The notes under the pieces: generated by a model
Told to the model about the DNA's origin: nothing
Databases searched by the model: none
Seen by the model: only the letters and a program-made list of their open reading frames with translations
Source of the DNA: Gemmatimonadota bacterium
GTDB lineage: Bacteria; Gemmatimonadota; Gemmatimonadetes; Palauibacterales; KS3-K002
Assembly: GCA_039586795.1 (NCBI GenBank)
Contig: JBDHJS010000001.1
Span: 64,001-128,000 of the forward strand
Length of the DNA stretch: 64,000 bases
Direction: 5' to 3'
Part shown: positions 37,751-50,956 of the stretch, one piece after another
How the letters are laid out: each line of letters begins with the position of its first letter
How positions within the stretch are numbered: the first letter of the stretch is position 1
Made by a program: the position numbers and the translations under genes

Positions 37751-38830
37751 ATGACACCGTTGGCCGAGCCGGTACTGACATCGCACCCGATGACGCTGGC
37801 CGAGGCGCTAAGACCGTTCTTTTTCCGGTTCTGTTTGGCGATCGCCTATTTCCTCGTCGTGTTCCTGATCGGCATGACCGGCTACATGATCATCGAGCGG
37901 TGGGCATGGCATGACGCGCTGTATATGGCGGTGACCACCGTAACGTCGGTCGGCTACATGGAGGTGTACGCGCTATCCGAAGTAGGCCGGACCTTCACGA
38001 TGGGGCTCATATTCCTGGGCGTCTCTGGGCTCGGGGTCTGGTGGGCCTTAACAACCGCGCTGATCGTGGAACTCGACCTCGGTGGCGTTCTGCGGAGACG
38101 TCGAATCATGAAGAACATCGAACAGCTATCCGAGCACTTCATCGTCTGCGGCGCCGGTCGCATGGGGCGTGTGGTGATCGGTGAAATGGTGGCCGCCGGC
38201 CGTTCATTCGTGGTCATAGAAAACCAGCCGGCCCGCATCGCGCAGGTGCAAGAGAGCTATCCGAACTTGCTGGTCATCGAAGCCGATGCGACCCGCGAGC
38301 AGACATTGCTCAGCGCCGGCGTCGAACGCGCCAGCGGACTGGCGACTTGTCTGGCGGATGATGCCGACAACCTGCTGGTGTGTCTCACAGCGCGAGAATT
38401 GAACGACGTGATCCCAACGGTCGCGCGCGCCTACAACGAGGAATCGGTGGAGAAGCTCCGCCGAGCCGGCGCCGACCATGTCATCTCGCCCAACCAGACA
38501 GGAGGCGTCCGCATGGCCTTCACGCTGCTGAGGCCAGCGGTGATCAGCTTCCTGGATGCGGCGATAACCGATGCAGGAATCGAAATGCGGCTCGAACAGG
38601 CGTCGATCCCAGCGAGCTCGCACCTGGTCGGTCAGACACTGGCCGAGGCTCAGATTCCACAGCAGACAGGACTGATCGTCCTCGCTCTGCGCCGAGGCAT
38701 CGCCGGACCGCCGCTGTACAACCCAGGTCCCGAGACGCACCTCGAGGCGGGTGATGTGATGATACTCATCGGCGCATCGGATCAGGTTGAGCGACTCCGG
38801 AACTATGCGGAAGTCGAGGTGACTCTGTAG
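37751..38830 (+). CDS. 2-TM potassium channel with TrkA/RCK domains
   Basis: Pore TVTSVGYM, HFIVCGAGRMG, TrkA_C; start uncertain (37751 or 37790). Confidence 0.88.
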   Translation: MTPLAEPVLTSHPMTLAEALRPFFFRFCLAIAYFLVVFLIGMTGYMIIERWAWHDALYMAVTTVTSVGYMEVYALSEVGRTFTMGLIFLGVSGLGVWWALTTALIVELDLGGVLRRRRIMKNIEQLSEHFIVCGAGRMGRVVIGEMVAAGRSFVVIENQPARIAQVQESYPNLLVIEADATREQTLLSAGVERASGLATCLADDADNLLVCLTARELNDVIPTVARAYNEESVEKLRRAGADHVISPNQTGGVRMAFTLLRPAVISFLDAAITDAGIEMRLEQASIPASSHLVGQTLAEAQIPQQTGLIVLALRRGIAGPPLYNPGPETHLEAGDVMILIGASDQVERLRNYAEVEVTL

Positions 38831-38832
38831 TG

Positions 38833-38868
38833 AAGAAAGAAGCTCGGCGATTCCCACCGCCGAGCTTC
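38833..38868 (-). terminator. Intrinsic terminator after gyrB
   Basis: GAAGCTCGGCG/CGCCGAGCTTC stem followed by TTTCTT on the minus strand. Confidence 0.7.
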
Positions 38869-38896
38869 CAATCAGCCCATCCGATAGACGTCGTGC

Positions 38897-41314
<2,418 letters not shown>

Positions 41315-41318
<4 letters not shown>

Positions 41319-42445
41319 GCTCGTGATACCCGTCCGGCCGCAACCCGGTATTCGGTCAAGCCGTCGCCCATGAGAGCGAACTCGTTGGGCTTCGGCGACG
41401 TCACCAAGACCTGACCCCATTCTTCCGCCGCGAGTAGATCCACCACCCGCTCCGATCGCAGTGGGTCGAGCTCGGCGAAAACATCATCGAGCATGACGAT
41501 CGGTTTTCTCCCGCGAGTCGCACGCAGGGTATCGGCTTCCACCATCCGCAACGCGACCGCGGCCGTGCGTTGTTGCCCCGCAGAGCCGAAACTGCGGAGT
41601 TGTACTGGCTCGGCGCTGCCGTCAACCCAAAAACTTAGATCGTCTCTGTGCGGTCCGGCGAGCGTCAAACCGCGTCTTCGCTCTCGGTCGACCAGGCGCT
41701 CTAGCTCGAGACGGAACGAATCCGCCCACCGATCTCGAGATGGTGGACTACCATCATCGTCAGGTCTCGGAAGGGACGGTGCATACTCCAGCTTCGCTGC
41801 CTGGCCACCGGATACCGCTTCGTAGTAGCGGGCGAAGCCCGCCTGTTGGGCCGCGACCCATCGCGCACGGGCCTCGACGATCGCGCTCCCCTCTTCGACC
41901 AACCCCCTGTTCCAGGCCGCCAGCTCCTCTGCGTTCGCTCCGTCGCGCAGGAGCCCATTGCGCTGCGAGAGGATATGCCGGTAGCGCTGCAAGGCCGCTA
42001 GGTAGCCCGGCTCAACCAGCGAAAGCGTGATGTTAAGGAAACGCCGTCGCGCACCGGGGCCACCAGCCACGATCTCCACATCGCTGGCAGTGAAGACGAT
42101 TGCGCCGACCTTCCCGATGGCTTCGCCCACGCGAGCCGGCTCCCGAGCGTCCAGCGTGACCTTCTTACGGCGACCTTCACGTGTGTATGCGGCCGCCACC
42201 TCCACCTCGCCACCACCCCCCATGAGATGCCCTACCACACGAAAGTGCTCGCCGCCGAAAGTGACCAACTGGTCGTCGCGAGCGCCTCGGAATGAGCGGA
42301 ATATCTCGAGGTAGTAGACAGCCTCCAGCAGGTTTGTCTTGCCCTGACCGTTGTCACCGATCAGCGCCGCGCCGCGCTCCGGAAACTCCACGGTCTCGTC
42401 ATCGAAATTCCGGAAATGCCGGAGCCTGATCCGCTGGAGAAACAC
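41315..42445 (-). CDS. recF: DNA replication/repair protein RecF
   Basis: GDNGQGKTN, GPHRDD, GSAGQQR, LDDVFAELD. Confidence 0.97.
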
Positions 42446-42553
42446 GCCTAAAAATAACCCGAAAGGGGGCGATTCTCAAGGCCGAACGGCGACTGTAAGA
42501 TATTGTCGTACAATGAGTTACGTTGCACGGGGCTCAGGGTCGCGGCGAATCGC

Positions 42554-43012
42554 TCACTGGCATCTGAACGGCTCGATGTCGCAGTCCACGACGGTGACCG
42601 GCACGATCTCGGCCTCCGTTCTTTGGCCGATCAGGTTCTCGGCGAAACCGCGGATCTGAACGGACGAGCCGCTGATCAGGGTGGGCAGCTGGACGACGAA
42701 TTGTTCCTGCACGAACTCTTCCGGCGGCTCGTAGACCCTTCGTCCTGTCGCTACGGTATCGACGACGGGGTTCACGCTGATCATGATGAACTCCACCGCC
42801 TGAATCAGACCGAGGGCTTCGATCTCGATGACGGCGGAGGAATCGGAGAACAGGACGGCGTTGGACAGAGGGGAGCGCACGCTAACCTCGGTGGGCGGCA
42901 CCGGAATATCGAGACCGGTGGGTCGCTCCCGTGAGTCGTCACAACCCGCTCCCAGGCTGAAGCTGGCGGCGATGACAGTGCAGGCGACCATCTGCTTCAC
43001 GGTAAACTCCAT
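42554..43012 (-). CDS. Hypothetical lipoprotein
   Basis: Lipobox-like LGAG-C; beta-rich body. Confidence 0.65.
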   Translation of the reverse strand: MEFTVKQMVACTVIAASFSLGAGCDDSRERPTGLDIPVPPTEVSVRSPLSNAVLFSDSSAVIEIEALGLIQAVEFIMISVNPVVDTVATGRRVYEPPEEFVQEQFVVQLPTLISGSSVQIRGFAENLIGQRTEAEIVPVTVVDCDIEPFRCQ

Positions 43013-43020
43013 AGGTGCAA

Positions 43021-43821
43021 CTAGAACAGATCCCGCCAGGAAGGGCGAGGAGCCTCGAGCGTTTCACCGTGCTCGAGTCGGTCGAGCAGGCCATCCAGGA
43101 TCAGTCTCATCTTCTCCATCGAGCGGGAGTAACCTGCCCGGGCCAGCACAACCGAAGCCGCGAGCACAGCGGGCGCCGCAACCGCGGCGACGATTGGCAG
43201 CCCTGCTGCAAGGACCAGCGTCGTGCCGACTCCTCCAGCGGTGCTGACGCCAGCGGCGAATCCAAGACCCCAGAACCACCCCGACCTTTCGCTTCCGAGG
43301 TCGGCGACCAGGGTCACCCGACACTCCTCTTCGCCCAGCGGTACGACCCGGACCTCGACGGCGCTGGAGTTCTTCGCCAGTTGGTACCCCCGCCCCTTGA
43401 TGTCCATGGAGCGAACCAACGACGCAAGGACGCCGGATTCCGGCTCCCAAAGCGAGCCAGTCTTGAGTCGTCGGACCAACCGCAGGCTCTCGTTGGCTCT
43501 GAAATGGTCTTCGAGCAATGTGAGCGTGTCGTCAGCAGATCTCGGCACGAGTCGACTGGAGCTAACCAGGGCCGGCCCACAGAGGCGCGAAGCCCAACCA
43601 CGCTCCCTGAGCAACGCCTCCGTGTTGGCGTCCGCAAGGTGCTCGGCTAGAGCCTGTCGTACGTTACTCTCCGATAAGCCGACCTCACCGCCAATGCGGA
43701 CGACATCGTCCTCGGTGAGATCGAGCGCATCGCTTCCGTAGGCGGCTTCGAGCTCAGCCGCCCTACGTATGACAACCTCTAGGTCCTGTCGGTTCAGCCG
43801 TGAAGGAGTGAGCTCGTTCAT
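43021..43821 (-). CDS. Hypothetical membrane protein
   Basis: N-terminal helical domain and two C-terminal TMs; in operon after the SPFH gene. Confidence 0.75.
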   Translation of the reverse strand: MNELTPSRLNRQDLEVVIRRAAELEAAYGSDALDLTEDDVVRIGGEVGLSESNVRQALAEHLADANTEALLRERGWASRLCGPALVSSSRLVPRSADDTLTLLEDHFRANESLRLVRRLKTGSLWEPESGVLASLVRSMDIKGRGYQLAKNSSAVEVRVVPLGEEECRVTLVADLGSERSGWFWGLGFAAGVSTAGGVGTTLVLAAGLPIVAAVAAPAVLAASVVLARAGYSRSMEKMRLILDGLLDRLEHGETLEAPRPSWRDLF

Positions 43822-43832
43822 GTGCGAAACCG

Positions 43833-44723
43833 CTACTCCTCCTTCTTCTTCTTCTTTTCGGCCTCGACTGTCTCACCCGCCGCTAGCATCCCCGGCAGAT
43901 CGTTTGCCGATGGCAGCTCGGGCACTTCCTCCTCTTCCCCGACCTCTTCATCATCCAGTGCGGACTCGGCTGCTTTGTCCACAGCGCGCATGAGCGGCCG
44001 GAAGAGCTCCATGGGGATCGGGAACAGGGTGGTCGAGTTGTTCTCGGCGGCTATTTCCGATACGGTCTGGAGGAAGCGAAGCTGCAGAGAAGCCGGATCA
44101 CCACTCATGATCTTTGCCGCCTGCACGAGTTTCCTCGACGCCTGGAACTCGCCCATCGCGTTGACGACCTTGGCGCGTCGCTCGCGCTCGGCCTCAGCCT
44201 GCCTGGCCATGGCACGCTTCATCTCCTGCGGTAGATCGATGTCCTTGACTTCGACGGCCGTGACCTCGATGCCCCACATATCGGTTTGCTCATCGATGAT
44301 CGTGCGCAGCATATCGTTGTACTTCTCCCGCTCGGCGAGCAGGTCATCGAGCTCGGCCTGGCCGATAACGGACCTCAGCGTTGTCTGGGCCAGCTGCGAC
44401 GTGGCGAACAGAAAGTCTTCGACCTCGACAATCGCCTTAACCGGGACGTTGACCCGGAAGTAGAGCACCGCATTCACCTTCACTGACACGTTGTCACGGG
44501 TGATGACATCCTGGGGAGGGATGTCCATGGCAACGATTCGCAGGCTGACCCGCTGCATCCGCTCGATACCAAACGGAACGAGAAAGATCAGGCCCGGCCC
44601 ACGAGCGCTGCGAAGTCGGCCGAGACGAAAGACGACGCCTCGTTCGTATTCCCAGAGTATTCTCAAACTGGTGGCGAGCGCTGTCGCACCCGCAACCGCC
44701 AGTCCCGCCAGTAGAACCTCCAC
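43833..44723 (-). CDS. SPFH/slipin (stomatin-like) protein
   Basis: [35 protein letters not shown]. Confidence 0.95.
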   Translation of the reverse strand: MEVLLAGLAVAGATALATSLRILWEYERGVVFRLGRLRSARGPGLIFLVPFGIERMQRVSLRIVAMDIPPQDVITRDNVSVKVNAVLYFRVNVPVKAIVEVEDFLFATSQLAQTTLRSVIGQAELDDLLAEREKYNDMLRTIIDEQTDMWGIEVTAVEVKDIDLPQEMKRAMARQAEAERERRAKVVNAMGEFQASRKLVQAAKIMSGDPASLQLRFLQTVSEIAAENNSTTLFPIPMELFRPLMRAVDKAAESALDDEEVGEEEEVPELPSANDLPGMLAAGETVEAEKKKKKEE

Positions 44724-44932
44724 GGTGTTACCCCTCGGTTCAGATTCCCGAATGCCATGGCTGGCCTGGCCCGACGCCGGCCGGCCAGAGGCGTCAAACC
44801 GATGCCCAACCGGCCGGAACCGGGCGTCGGTGAACGCCTCAAACAGGTGCTATTTGCAGGCTAAAGTTAGCGGCTACGGAGAAGGTGCGCGAGCAGCGGC
44901 GGGGGGCTCGACAGGGTTGAGCAATAATGCGA

Positions 44933-44965
44933 ATCCCCCGGTTCTCGACCGAGAGTCCGGGGGAT
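44933..44965 (-). terminator. Hairpin after the cytochrome c gene
   Basis: ATCCCCCGG...CCGGGGGAT stem. Confidence 0.5.
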
Positions 44966-44989
44966 CTACACCTAGCAGGAAGCTACTTC

Positions 44990-45436
44990 TTAGCCCTTCA
45001 GCGTCAGAACGTAGGCCGCTACCGCCCTAGCCTGGTCGTCTGTGATGCCGCTGCCGCCCTTGGGAGGCATCGGTGTCCCGGTGGAGGACGCGCTGGTATC
45101 TACACCGTTCATCACCGTCTGGACGATGCCCTCGAAGGAGCCGTCGCTGTGGAGCCACTCTTCGTCAGCGAGGTTGGCGCCGAGGTTCGCCACGCCCTCG
45201 CCCATGGCGCCGTGGCACGTGTAGCAGAGACCGGCGCCGGCGTAGATGTCCTTGCCCTGGTTCACCATTTCCATCGTGACGCCCTCAGGCAGGTCCACCT
45301 GCTGCTGCGCTTCGCTCGGGCTCGCTGCCGCGGGCGTCTCCGTCTCACCGGAGGCCGCCTGCTGGCTCTCGCCGCCACCGCAGCCAACCATGGCCACCAG
45401 CCCCAGGGCCGCGCCCAATGCCATCAACCTGCTCAT
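44990..45436 (-). CDS. Lipoprotein monoheme cytochrome c
   Basis: MVG-C lipobox, CYTCH heme motif, distal MPPKGG. Confidence 0.92.
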   Translation of the reverse strand: MSRLMALGAALGLVAMVGCGGGESQQAASGETETPAAASPSEAQQQVDLPEGVTMEMVNQGKDIYAGAGLCYTCHGAMGEGVANLGANLADEEWLHSDGSFEGIVQTVMNGVDTSASSTGTPMPPKGGSGITDDQARAVAAYVLTLKG

Positions 45437-45593
45437 GTTGCCCTCCATTTGGGTTGTAACTGCCGCTCGCTCTTGCCGATAGGTGGTCGGTTCTCTCCAT
45501 AGCCCTCACGGGGCCCACGACCGCAGCGAGCCTGCATCTGAACTCGTTTGGTTGAGATTACGGGGCCGATAATACCCGAGGCATGGGGGCGCG

Positions 45594-46295
45594 TCAAGGC
45601 GAACCGACGCTACGATCCTCACGCTGCCGTCCACATTCCGGGCAGAAGACCCAGGTCGGATCGAGCATGGCGCCGCAGCCCACGCACGTGCCGGGAACGA
45701 CTCGGGCACCACAATACGGACAGTAGGATGAGCCGCCGGGAACCACGGCCGAACAGACAGGGCAGTTCACTGGCTCAGCCGTTTCATCCGGCAGGTGCTC
45801 GACCTCTTCGGGATCGGTCTCGTCCGGCTCGAGCTCGCCGATGCTAGATCCGCTGTCCGCGCCGGCACTCGCGTCCAGCGAGCCCTCGGCCGCTTCGGTC
45901 GTCGCCTCCACTAGCTCGACACGTTCTCTCACCTCGGGTGGCGCGTATCGTATGTGACCGGGCGGCGGAATAAGCGCCGGGTTGAGCGACACGCGCGCAT
46001 CGGAGAACGCACGGTAGCGTCGAATTTCAGGCAGCTTTGCTTCCAGCCCGACGCGCAGCTCCTCTTGCATAGCGCCGTCACCGTCCAGATACCCGCGCTC
46101 TCCAGAGAGCAGACGTGTGAGGGCGGCTTCATAGTCATCGTTGGAGCGGAGTCCAGCCGCGTCGCGGACCCGGCGGTACGGGATGAGCTGATCGCACAGT
46201 TCTGCTACGCTGAGTGGATCGGTAAGCGCGGTCTGTCGGTCACTCCGCATGATCTCTACGAATTCAACATACAGGCGATCAAGGTCATCCATCAC
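45594..46295 (-). CDS. Double zinc ribbon domain protein
   Basis: CPVC, CPYC, CVGC and CPEC at the C-terminus after an acidic linker. Confidence 0.8.
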   Translation of the reverse strand: MMDDLDRLYVEFVEIMRSDRQTALTDPLSVAELCDQLIPYRRVRDAAGLRSNDDYEAALTRLLSGERGYLDGDGAMQEELRVGLEAKLPEIRRYRAFSDARVSLNPALIPPPGHIRYAPPEVRERVELVEATTEAAEGSLDASAGADSGSSIGELEPDETDPEEVEHLPDETAEPVNCPVCSAVVPGGSSYCPYCGARVVPGTCVGCGAMLDPTWVFCPECGRQREDRSVGSP

Positions 46296-46353
46296 GCCAC
46301 CTCAGAGTAGGCGGTCGTAGCGTAGCGGCTTCCACAGACCACTCGTCACTGCC

Positions 46354-47445
46354 TCAAGGTCGCTCGAACACGTAGGCACTGTCCTCGTGTCGATTGCCGC
46401 TTGCGTCGCAGACGGCGAAGTTTCTTCCGGACCAGATGGCGGCCGCGCCGTAGTCGCCGTTCTTATTGACCGCATAGAAGTTGACGTTGAAGTTAGGTTT
46501 CCCGTCATCGTTCAGAAGCCGCTTTTCAGTCGTGTAATGCACTATGCGCTCCAGAGCTTCCAAGCAGGCGTCTTTGGGATGCTTACCGCGTCTCATCTCC
46601 TCCACGACCAACATCGATCCGCACGACTTTATCACAGCCTCGCCCCGGCCTGTCGAGCCTACGGCGCCGACATCGTTATCGACGTAGAGACCTGCCCCGA
46701 TTATCGGGCTATCCCCAACGCGACCCGGTACCTTGAAAGCAAGCCCGGAGGTTGTCGTCACTCCTGAGATGTCTCCGTTAGCATCCACGGCGCAGCAATT
46801 GATCGTACCGTAGTGCCTGCTCCCTTCCCAAGCATCAATGAGCCCGAACTCGGTCCACCCCTCCTCCGACTGGTCGGCTGTAAGATAGTCATCGTCGAGA
46901 TTGAGGCTGGCGCGCCAGCTCAGCCACTCGCGTCGAGCGCGGTCGGTAAGCAGGTCTTCCTCTGTGAAACCGTACTCTCGGGCAAATCGCGCGGCGCCTG
47001 CGCCAACAAGAAGCACGTGATCCGTGTACTTCATCACCGCCATGGCAATCTGAGCTGGATGCATGAAGCCCTCCAGCGAAGCCACCGCGCCGGCGCCCCG
47101 TGTGGGTCCGTGCATGACCGAAGAATCGAGCTGTACCACGCCTAACGCGTTGGGCAGGCCTCCATAGCCGACGGTCGTGTCTTCCGGATCCGCCTCGACC
47201 AATGCGACACCCGAGACCACGGCGTCGAGCGTATCGCCTCCGTCGCGCAGAATCTCCATCGCGCGCTCGGTGGCCGGGAGTCCATTGCGGCTGGAGATAA
47301 CCACGGGTCTCCCCTGGCCAGCCGTCGGCGTGGGTCGTGGCGCGTCCGCCTTGGCGGGCCTGGCACCGATGAGGTCCGCACCGAGGGCGCCCAGTCCGGC
47401 GAGCGCTCCGGCCTTCACGAAATCACGACGCGTACGTTCAGCCAT
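46354..47445 (-). CDS. Second Tat-exported Ntn-hydrolase (glycosylasparaginase family)
   Basis: TRRDFVK Tat motif; VGYGGLPN, GTIN, GRVGDSPIIGAG. Confidence 0.9.
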   Translation of the reverse strand: MAERTRRDFVKAGALAGLGALGADLIGARPAKADAPRPTPTAGQGRPVVISSRNGLPATERAMEILRDGGDTLDAVVSGVALVEADPEDTTVGYGGLPNALGVVQLDSSVMHGPTRGAGAVASLEGFMHPAQIAMAVMKYTDHVLLVGAGAARFAREYGFTEEDLLTDRARREWLSWRASLNLDDDYLTADQSEEGWTEFGLIDAWEGSRHYGTINCCAVDANGDISGVTTTSGLAFKVPGRVGDSPIIGAGLYVDNDVGAVGSTGRGEAVIKSCGSMLVVEEMRRGKHPKDACLEALERIVHYTTEKRLLNDDGKPNFNVNFYAVNKNGDYGAAAIWSGRNFAVCDASGNRHEDSAYVFERP

Positions 47446-47517
47446 GTCTCCAATGCCTCCGAATACCGCAGTGGTTGTGTACGAGCTCGGGCGGACGGAT
47501 CACCCGTGGGAGGTGGG

Positions 47518-48846
47518 TCAGGTTGGCCCGGGACCGTCCGCCGTTCTCACCAGGCGAACCGACCTGACGCGACGCTCATCAACGCGATCGACGACGAGCC
47601 TGGCGCCTGGCACCTGTACGGCATCGCCGTGCTTGGGGACGTGTCCCAGCTCGCCGAGAATGAAGCCGCCGAGTGTGTCATATTCCTCTTCCGGCAGCTC
47701 GAGACCGAATTGTTCGTTCACCTCGTCCAGCGGAACGCCGCCGTCGATCAACGGCTCACCGCGTGGTGTGGTGCTGAACATGGGCCGCGCGACATCATGT
47801 TCGTCATAGATCTCGCCGACGATCTCTTCGATCAGATCTTCAAGTGTCACGAGGCCATCTGTGCCGCCGAACTCGTCGACGACGATAGCCATGTGAATCT
47901 TGAGCCGTAGGAACTCAGCGAGCAGATCGTCAACCGGCTTCGAATCGGGTACGAAGTAGGGTTCCCGCATGATCCGTGTAGCGTCGAAATCGGCCACATC
48001 ACCGGACGCAGCAAGCTGCAACAGATCTTTCACCAGCGCGACTCCGACGACGCTATCCAGACTTTCTTCGTAGACCGGCAGACGTGAGAAGCCGGATCGG
48101 TTCATGGTGGCGATCAACTCGTCGAACCCAACATCAGACGGAACCGCCACGATGTCGGGGCGCGGAGTCATCACTTCTCGCGCGATCGTCCGGGTCAAAT
48201 CGAACACGCCGGAGATCATCTCTTTTTCCTCGACATCGACGACACCGTGCTCCTCGCTGCGGCGGACGAGCATGACGATCTCTTCCGGCTTGTGCACCAT
48301 CTCGGCCTCGGAAGGGAGCCGAACGCCGAGGAATTTCAGCAAGCCGTTGGCGGATTCGTTGATCCACCAGATGAGCGGACTCAGCAGTCGGGTGAACCAG
48401 ATCAGCGGGCTAGCCAGCCATCGCGCGACTTGTTCGGGGTGGAAGATGGCGAGGGCCTTGGGCGCCACTTCTCCGAGCACGACGTGCAGGTAGGTGATGA
48501 TCGTGAAGGCGATGATTATCGCGACGCTGTGTCGAGCGATGAAGTTGAACGGCGCCGACAGCCCGCCGAACGCGGCCTCGAGAATACTCGCGATCGCGAC
48601 CTCACCTATCCAACCGAGGCCGAGAGAGGCGAGGGTGATTCCGATCTGACAAGCAGACAGGTAGAGGTTGAGGTCGCCTTGTGCTTTGCGGACGATGCGG
48701 GCGCGGCGGTCACCCTTTGCTTCGAGAGTGGCTAGCCGCGAGTCTTTTGCGCCGACGAGTGCGAACTCGGCTGCAACGAAGAAGCCGTTGGCGGCAACAA
48801 GGAATGCGACCGCCAACAGCCTCCAAACGACCTCAAGAGTGGTCAT
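47518..48846 (-). CDS. Hemolysin-family / CNNM-CBS-CorC transporter
   Basis: NGFFVAAEFA, GEVAPK, FSRLPVY, VDEFGG..G..TLED..EEIVGEI. Confidence 0.93.
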   Translation of the reverse strand: MTTLEVVWRLLAVAFLVAANGFFVAAEFALVGAKDSRLATLEAKGDRRARIVRKAQGDLNLYLSACQIGITLASLGLGWIGEVAIASILEAAFGGLSAPFNFIARHSVAIIIAFTIITYLHVVLGEVAPKALAIFHPEQVARWLASPLIWFTRLLSPLIWWINESANGLLKFLGVRLPSEAEMVHKPEEIVMLVRRSEEHGVVDVEEKEMISGVFDLTRTIAREVMTPRPDIVAVPSDVGFDELIATMNRSGFSRLPVYEESLDSVVGVALVKDLLQLAASGDVADFDATRIMREPYFVPDSKPVDDLLAEFLRLKIHMAIVVDEFGGTDGLVTLEDLIEEIVGEIYDEHDVARPMFSTTPRGEPLIDGGVPLDEVNEQFGLELPEEEYDTLGGFILGELGHVPKHGDAVQVPGARLVVDRVDERRVRSVRLVRTADGPGPT

Positions 48847-48916
48847 CTAGATTTCGTGATACGTGCCAAGAAGAGGTGCCCCTCCTGCAGTCGCAGGAGC
48901 GCGACTGTCCACAGCG

Positions 48917-49192
48917 CTAACTGGTTTCGCTACCAGCTGTCGACGCGTTCCCGTAGGAGATGACCGGCTTACAGTAGGCACGGCCCAAGGCGTCAAGTTG
49001 GGCCAGCTGTTCCTCGGAAACTCCTGAATAGCGGCTGGCCAGGTAATCCATCGTCTCTTTGAACCAGGCGTCTTGCTGTTCTTCCGTGGCTTTCAGCACG
49101 CCACAATGCCTGATCTGGCTGAGCAATTCATTACGCGCTTTGTCGAACAGGGTAAGCTCTTCTTTAACCTCCTGTTTCCTACGTTTGCCCAC
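48917..49192 (-). CDS. Hypothetical protein
   Basis: 91 aa; GGAGG RBS before the GTG start; collinear with the downstream gene. Confidence 0.7.
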   Translation of the reverse strand: MGKRRKQEVKEELTLFDKARNELLSQIRHCGVLKATEEQQDAWFKETMDYLASRYSGVSEEQLAQLDALGRAYCKPVISYGNASTAGSETS

Positions 49193-49220
49193 GCTCCCTC
49201 CTCTATCTACAATTAAGCAC

Positions 49221-49254
49221 CGCTACCCGGGGCCTAACGCTACTCGGGGCCTAG
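49221..49254. repeat. 17-bp tandem direct repeat in a divergent promoter region
   Basis: CGCTACCCGGGGCCTAA / CGCTACTCGGGGCCTAG. Confidence 0.7.
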
Positions 49255-49322
49255 TAGCGAGCCCTCATTAGTGGACGGCTACCGATTTTACGACTGCATA
49301 ATTATACGAGCCCTCTCACGAC

Positions 49323-50930
49323 ATGCAATCGGCCAATCTGAGCGACGACAGCATACTCGATCCGATCCGGCTCGAGGTCTACCGCTCGCTTCTCCTGGCA
49401 ATCGCCGAGGAGATGGGTGCGGCGCTCCGTCGGAGCTCGTATTCACCGAACATAAAAGAGCGCCGCGACTACAGTTGCGCGATCTGCGACACCCGAGCGC
49501 GACCCGTGGCGCAGGGCGATCATATGCCGGTTCATCTGGGAGCGATCCCCCAGAGCGTAGAGGCCGGAATCAGCGGACGGGCGCTTTCGGACGGGGATGT
49601 GGTGCTGCTCAACGATCCGTTTCACGGCGGTACGCACCTGCCGGACCTGACGGCGGTACGCGGCGTCTGGGTGGAAGGCTGGGAGGGGCCGATCGCATAC
49701 GTTGCGTCTCGGGCCCACCACGCCGACGTGGGCGGCGCGGCGCCCGGTTCGATGCCCCTTTCCCGTGAGGTCTACCAGGAGGGGCTTCGGATTCCGCCGG
49801 TGCTTCTGCTGCGCGGAGGAGAGATCGAGCAAGACGTCTGGCGCCTTCTGCTGGCCAACGTACGAACGCCCGAGGAGCGTGAGGGCGACCTGCACGCTCA
49901 GTTGGCCGCTCTGGACGTGGGAGTACGGCGTCTACAGGAACTGGCGGCGCGAAGGGGTGCAAGGGAACTGAACGCCGCGTTCGAAGCCCTGACATCGTAC
50001 GCGGACCGGCTCGTCCGGGCGGTGATCGACCAGATCCCGGATGGCGAGTATCGCGCCGAAGATTTCATGGACAACGACGGCACCGACTCGGAACCGGTGA
50101 AGATCGCCGTTCGGGTGACGGTCCGGGGCCAAGAGATGGACGTCGACTTCGGCGACTCTTCCTCCCAATGTGCGGGCAACATCAACGCCGTAGCAGCAAT
50201 CACGGAGTCGGCCGTGCGATACGTTCTGCGCTGCGTGGCGGAGGCCGTACTGGGCACGCCCTTGCCGGCAGGAGGTGGCGCGATGCCCGCGGTCAGAATC
50301 GAGATGCCGGCCGGAAGCGTGGTGAACGCGCGGCCACCCGCCGCGGTGGCCGCGGGGAACGTGGAGACGTCGCAGCGAATCGTCGATGTGGTGTTCAGAG
50401 CCCTCGGCCTGGCGCTTCCCGAACTCGTTCCGGCCTGCTCCAGCGGCACGATGAACAACTTCACCGTTGGCGGCGTTGCCAGCGACGGAAAGTCGTACGC
50501 GTATTATGAAACCGTTGCCGGTGGCATGGGTGCCAACCGCGAACACGATGGGTTGTCGGGCGTCCATACCCACATGACGAACTCGCTGAACACGCCAGTT
50601 GAAGCGCTGGAGCATGCGATCCCCGTTCGCGTGCGCCACTACTCGCTGCGCCACGGTACAGGAGGTGCAGGTCTGCGCCGAGGGGGAGACGGCCTGCGCC
50701 GCGACATCGAACTCTTGAATGCAGCAAGCGTCACCGTACTGTCGGAGCGGCGTCGTTTCGCACCGTGCGGAGCGTCCGGCGGTTCACCCGGCGCCGCGGG
50801 CGAAAACTGGCTGAGACATGCTGGCAGCTGGAAGAAGTTGACAGGGAAATTTTCCGTCGAGGCGAGCGCCGGTGACGTAATCAGCATCCGAACTCCAGGA
50901 GGAGGAGGTTGGGGAAGCGACGGGTCCTGA
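49323..50930 (+). CDS. Hydantoinase B / 5-oxoprolinase family subunit
   Basis: SPNIKERRD, PVHLG, NDPFHGGTHLPD, HHADVGG, TPGGGGWG. Confidence 0.93.
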   Translation: MQSANLSDDSILDPIRLEVYRSLLLAIAEEMGAALRRSSYSPNIKERRDYSCAICDTRARPVAQGDHMPVHLGAIPQSVEAGISGRALSDGDVVLLNDPFHGGTHLPDLTAVRGVWVEGWEGPIAYVASRAHHADVGGAAPGSMPLSREVYQEGLRIPPVLLLRGGEIEQDVWRLLLANVRTPEEREGDLHAQLAALDVGVRRLQELAARRGARELNAAFEALTSYADRLVRAVIDQIPDGEYRAEDFMDNDGTDSEPVKIAVRVTVRGQEMDVDFGDSSSQCAGNINAVAAITESAVRYVLRCVAEAVLGTPLPAGGGAMPAVRIEMPAGSVVNARPPAAVAAGNVETSQRIVDVVFRALGLALPELVPACSSGTMNNFTVGGVASDGKSYAYYETVAGGMGANREHDGLSGVHTHMTNSLNTPVEALEHAIPVRVRHYSLRHGTGGAGLRRGGDGLRRDIELLNAASVTVLSERRRFAPCGASGGSPGAAGENWLRHAGSWKKLTGKFSVEASAGDVISIRTPGGGGWGSDGS

Positions 50931-50956
50931 AGGCTCGCGGCCCGAGCCGCGGGACC

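Noticed and set aside
42446..42553. oriC / DnaA-box cluster next to recF
   Set aside because: No TTATCCACA cluster or AT-rich unwinding element; DnaA-box-like 9-mers elsewhere (~43976, ~48906) are isolated.
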